DNA of 64,000 bases from contig CAZGWD010000004.1 of the NCBI GenBank assembly GCA_964529415.1, forward strand, positions 70,806-134,805, written 5' to 3'. The DNA comes from an uncultured Leptospirales bacterium. Its GTDB lineage: Bacteria; Spirochaetota; UBA4802; UBA5550. Below, piece after piece: positions 62,781-64,000 of the stretch. Under the pieces are notes generated by a model, which ran no database searches, was not told the DNA's origin, and was given only the letters and a program-made list of their open reading frames with translations. The stretch's first letter is position 1; each line of letters starts with the position of its first letter. The translations under genes and the position numbers were made by a program.

Positions 62781-64000
62781 TCAGACTTTAAATATTTCTA
62801 TATTTTTCATCAGATCATTAACATTGCCGTTAACTTTTTCAGAATTATCCTGAACCTTCTCAGCACTCATTGATGTTTCCTGCGCAATTTTACTGATATC
62901 ATTAATAGCTTTTGTAAGTTCATCTATAGTCATGCGCTGTTCCTGCGATGCAGTATGAATATCATCGGTTGCCCTTCCGAAATTTTCTATCTTTGCTTCC
63001 ATCTGCCTGTTCTTGGTTGCGAGATTGCTTGTAAAATCATGTATCTCCGAGAGGATTCCGCTTGAATCCACAATCTGATTTTTAATATCATTGAAAATAG
63101 CTGCTGTATTATTAACAAACACAAGCTCATTATTGATTTTCTGCGAATGTTCTGTAATGTTTTCCTTTATGCTTTTTCCAAGACTTGTTGTCTGATCAGC
63201 GAGTTTATTGACTTCATCAGCAACAACTGCAAAGCCCTTGCCGTGCTCACCCGCCCTGGCTGCCTCAATTGAAGCATTGAGAGCGAGAAGATTTATCTGA
63301 TCTGCAATTTCATTGATCCTGTTGACCATCTCGTCAATATTTTTTACATACCCTGAAAGTTCCTGGATTGCAGCAACAGTTTTCTTCATGGTTTTTTCGC
63401 CCTCTTCAACATTACCCACTGTTTTTGTCATGCTGCCGCTCAAACCGGCAAGCTTGCCCTCAAGCTTCTGGCTTCCGTCGCTTATTGAAAGGATGTCGCC
63501 CTTCAGAGACTGGTAGCTGTCCTGCTGCGCTTTTATCATATCAAGATTCCCCTCAAAAGAAGATGACATTTCATCGTAAGCGCTGCTTGTCTGCTCCACT
63601 ATGGCTGAAAGATTCCGGGCATTATCTGATAAATGCATAGATGATGAATTCAGCTCGGAACTTGAATCTATAAAATGCTGGGAATTTTCGCTAATTGAAA
63701 AAACCATGCCCCGAAGATTCTCTTTCATTTTATAAACAGATTTATTAATAAGAGACAGTTCATCCATTACAATAATTTTAGTTGCCAGGGCTGAAAGATC
63801 CCCCTGCGAAACCTTCTCGAGAAAATTCAATATGAGTTTAACCTTGAGAGTGATCGTGCGTGCAAGCACCCTTGCAACCATAAGAGCTGCGAATATACCG
63901 ATAATTCCGATCACTGCAACCTTAATATATATCATATCTTTTTCAACAGAAAGGTTTGATATAAAAATCTGAAAAAAAGTAAGGAGCGTTAAAAACGGCA
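62781..64000 (-). CDS. methyl-accepting chemotaxis protein (5' end beyond window edge)
   Basis: The frame stays open upstream of the Met at 63935 to the window end (translation ...[26 protein letters not shown], which looks transmembrane). HAMP domain, then [34 protein letters not shown]. Confidence 0.85.
   Translation of the reverse strand, partial: PFLTLLTFFQIFISNLSVEKDMIYIKVAVIGIIGIFAALMVARVLARTITLKVKLILNFLEKVSQGDLSALATKIIVMDELSLINKSVYKMKENLRGMVFSISENSQHFIDSSSELNSSSMHLSDNARNLSAIVEQTSSAYDEMSSSFEGNLDMIKAQQDSYQSLKGDILSISDGSQKLEGKLAGLSGSMTKTVGNVEEGEKTMKKTVAAIQELSGYVKNIDEMVNRINEIADQINLLALNASIEAARAGEHGKGFAVVADEVNKLADQTTSLGKSIKENITEHSQKINNELVFVNNTAAIFNDIKNQIVDSSGILSEIHDFTSNLATKNRQMEAKIENFGRATDDIHTASQEQRMTIDELTKAINDISKIAQETSMSAEKVQDNSEKVNGNVNDLMKNIEIFKV

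Noticed and set aside
1-64000. Searched by eye for CRISPR repeats, tRNA/rRNA/tmRNA signatures, transposases, integrases, toxin-antitoxin pairs and known defence-system genes.
   Set aside because: None were recognised. All intergenic regions are shorter than 600 bp and lack periodic repeats. A tRNAscan, Infernal or defence-finder run would be needed to exclude small or divergent elements.

Overview
This is an AT-rich bacterial chromosomal window that is densely coding. I support about 42 CDSs and saw no rRNA, tRNA, CRISPR array, transposase, integrase or phage genes by eye. I cannot assign a taxon from the sequence alone.

Gene starts mostly carry GGAG/GGAGG Shine-Dalgarno boxes. Several intergenic regions have textbook TTGACA-17 bp-TAnAAT promoters and stem-loop plus U-tract terminators.

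Signal-transduction content is unusually high:
- Four methyl-accepting chemotaxis proteins.
- Three SpoIIE/PP2C phosphatases.
- Two paralogous giant Ser/Thr-kinase/AAA/TPR/GAF proteins, one ending in a GGDEF domain and one in a PP2C domain.
- A 7TMR-DISM receptor with an RsbW-like kinase domain.
- Two or three small GHKL-fold proteins.
- A divergent pair of paralogous 7TM sensors, one wired to an AraC DNA-binding domain and the other to a PP2C phosphatase.

The metabolic genes are mostly acyl-CoA and short-chain-acid related:
- An in-frame acetate kinase-PduL fusion.
- A GntR-prpE-nitronate monooxygenase-like unit.
- A long-chain acyl-CoA ligase next to an acetyl-CoA hydrolase/transferase-GNAT (Pat-like) fusion.
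- A B12-binding radical SAM enzyme with a Cys-rich 4Fe-4S partner.
- A family I.5-type lipase, a PlsC-type acyltransferase and two tandem OFA-type MFS transporters.

The candidates most worth follow-up are:
- The divergent sensor pair at 51.9-56.2 kb.
- The probable 10.5-kb minus-strand signalling operon at 27.7-38.2 kb.
- The AckA-PduL fusion.
- The Pat-like fusion with its radical-SAM neighbourhood.
- The secreted tandem Tudor-like protein.

All domain calls come from motif recognition by eye. No database search was run.
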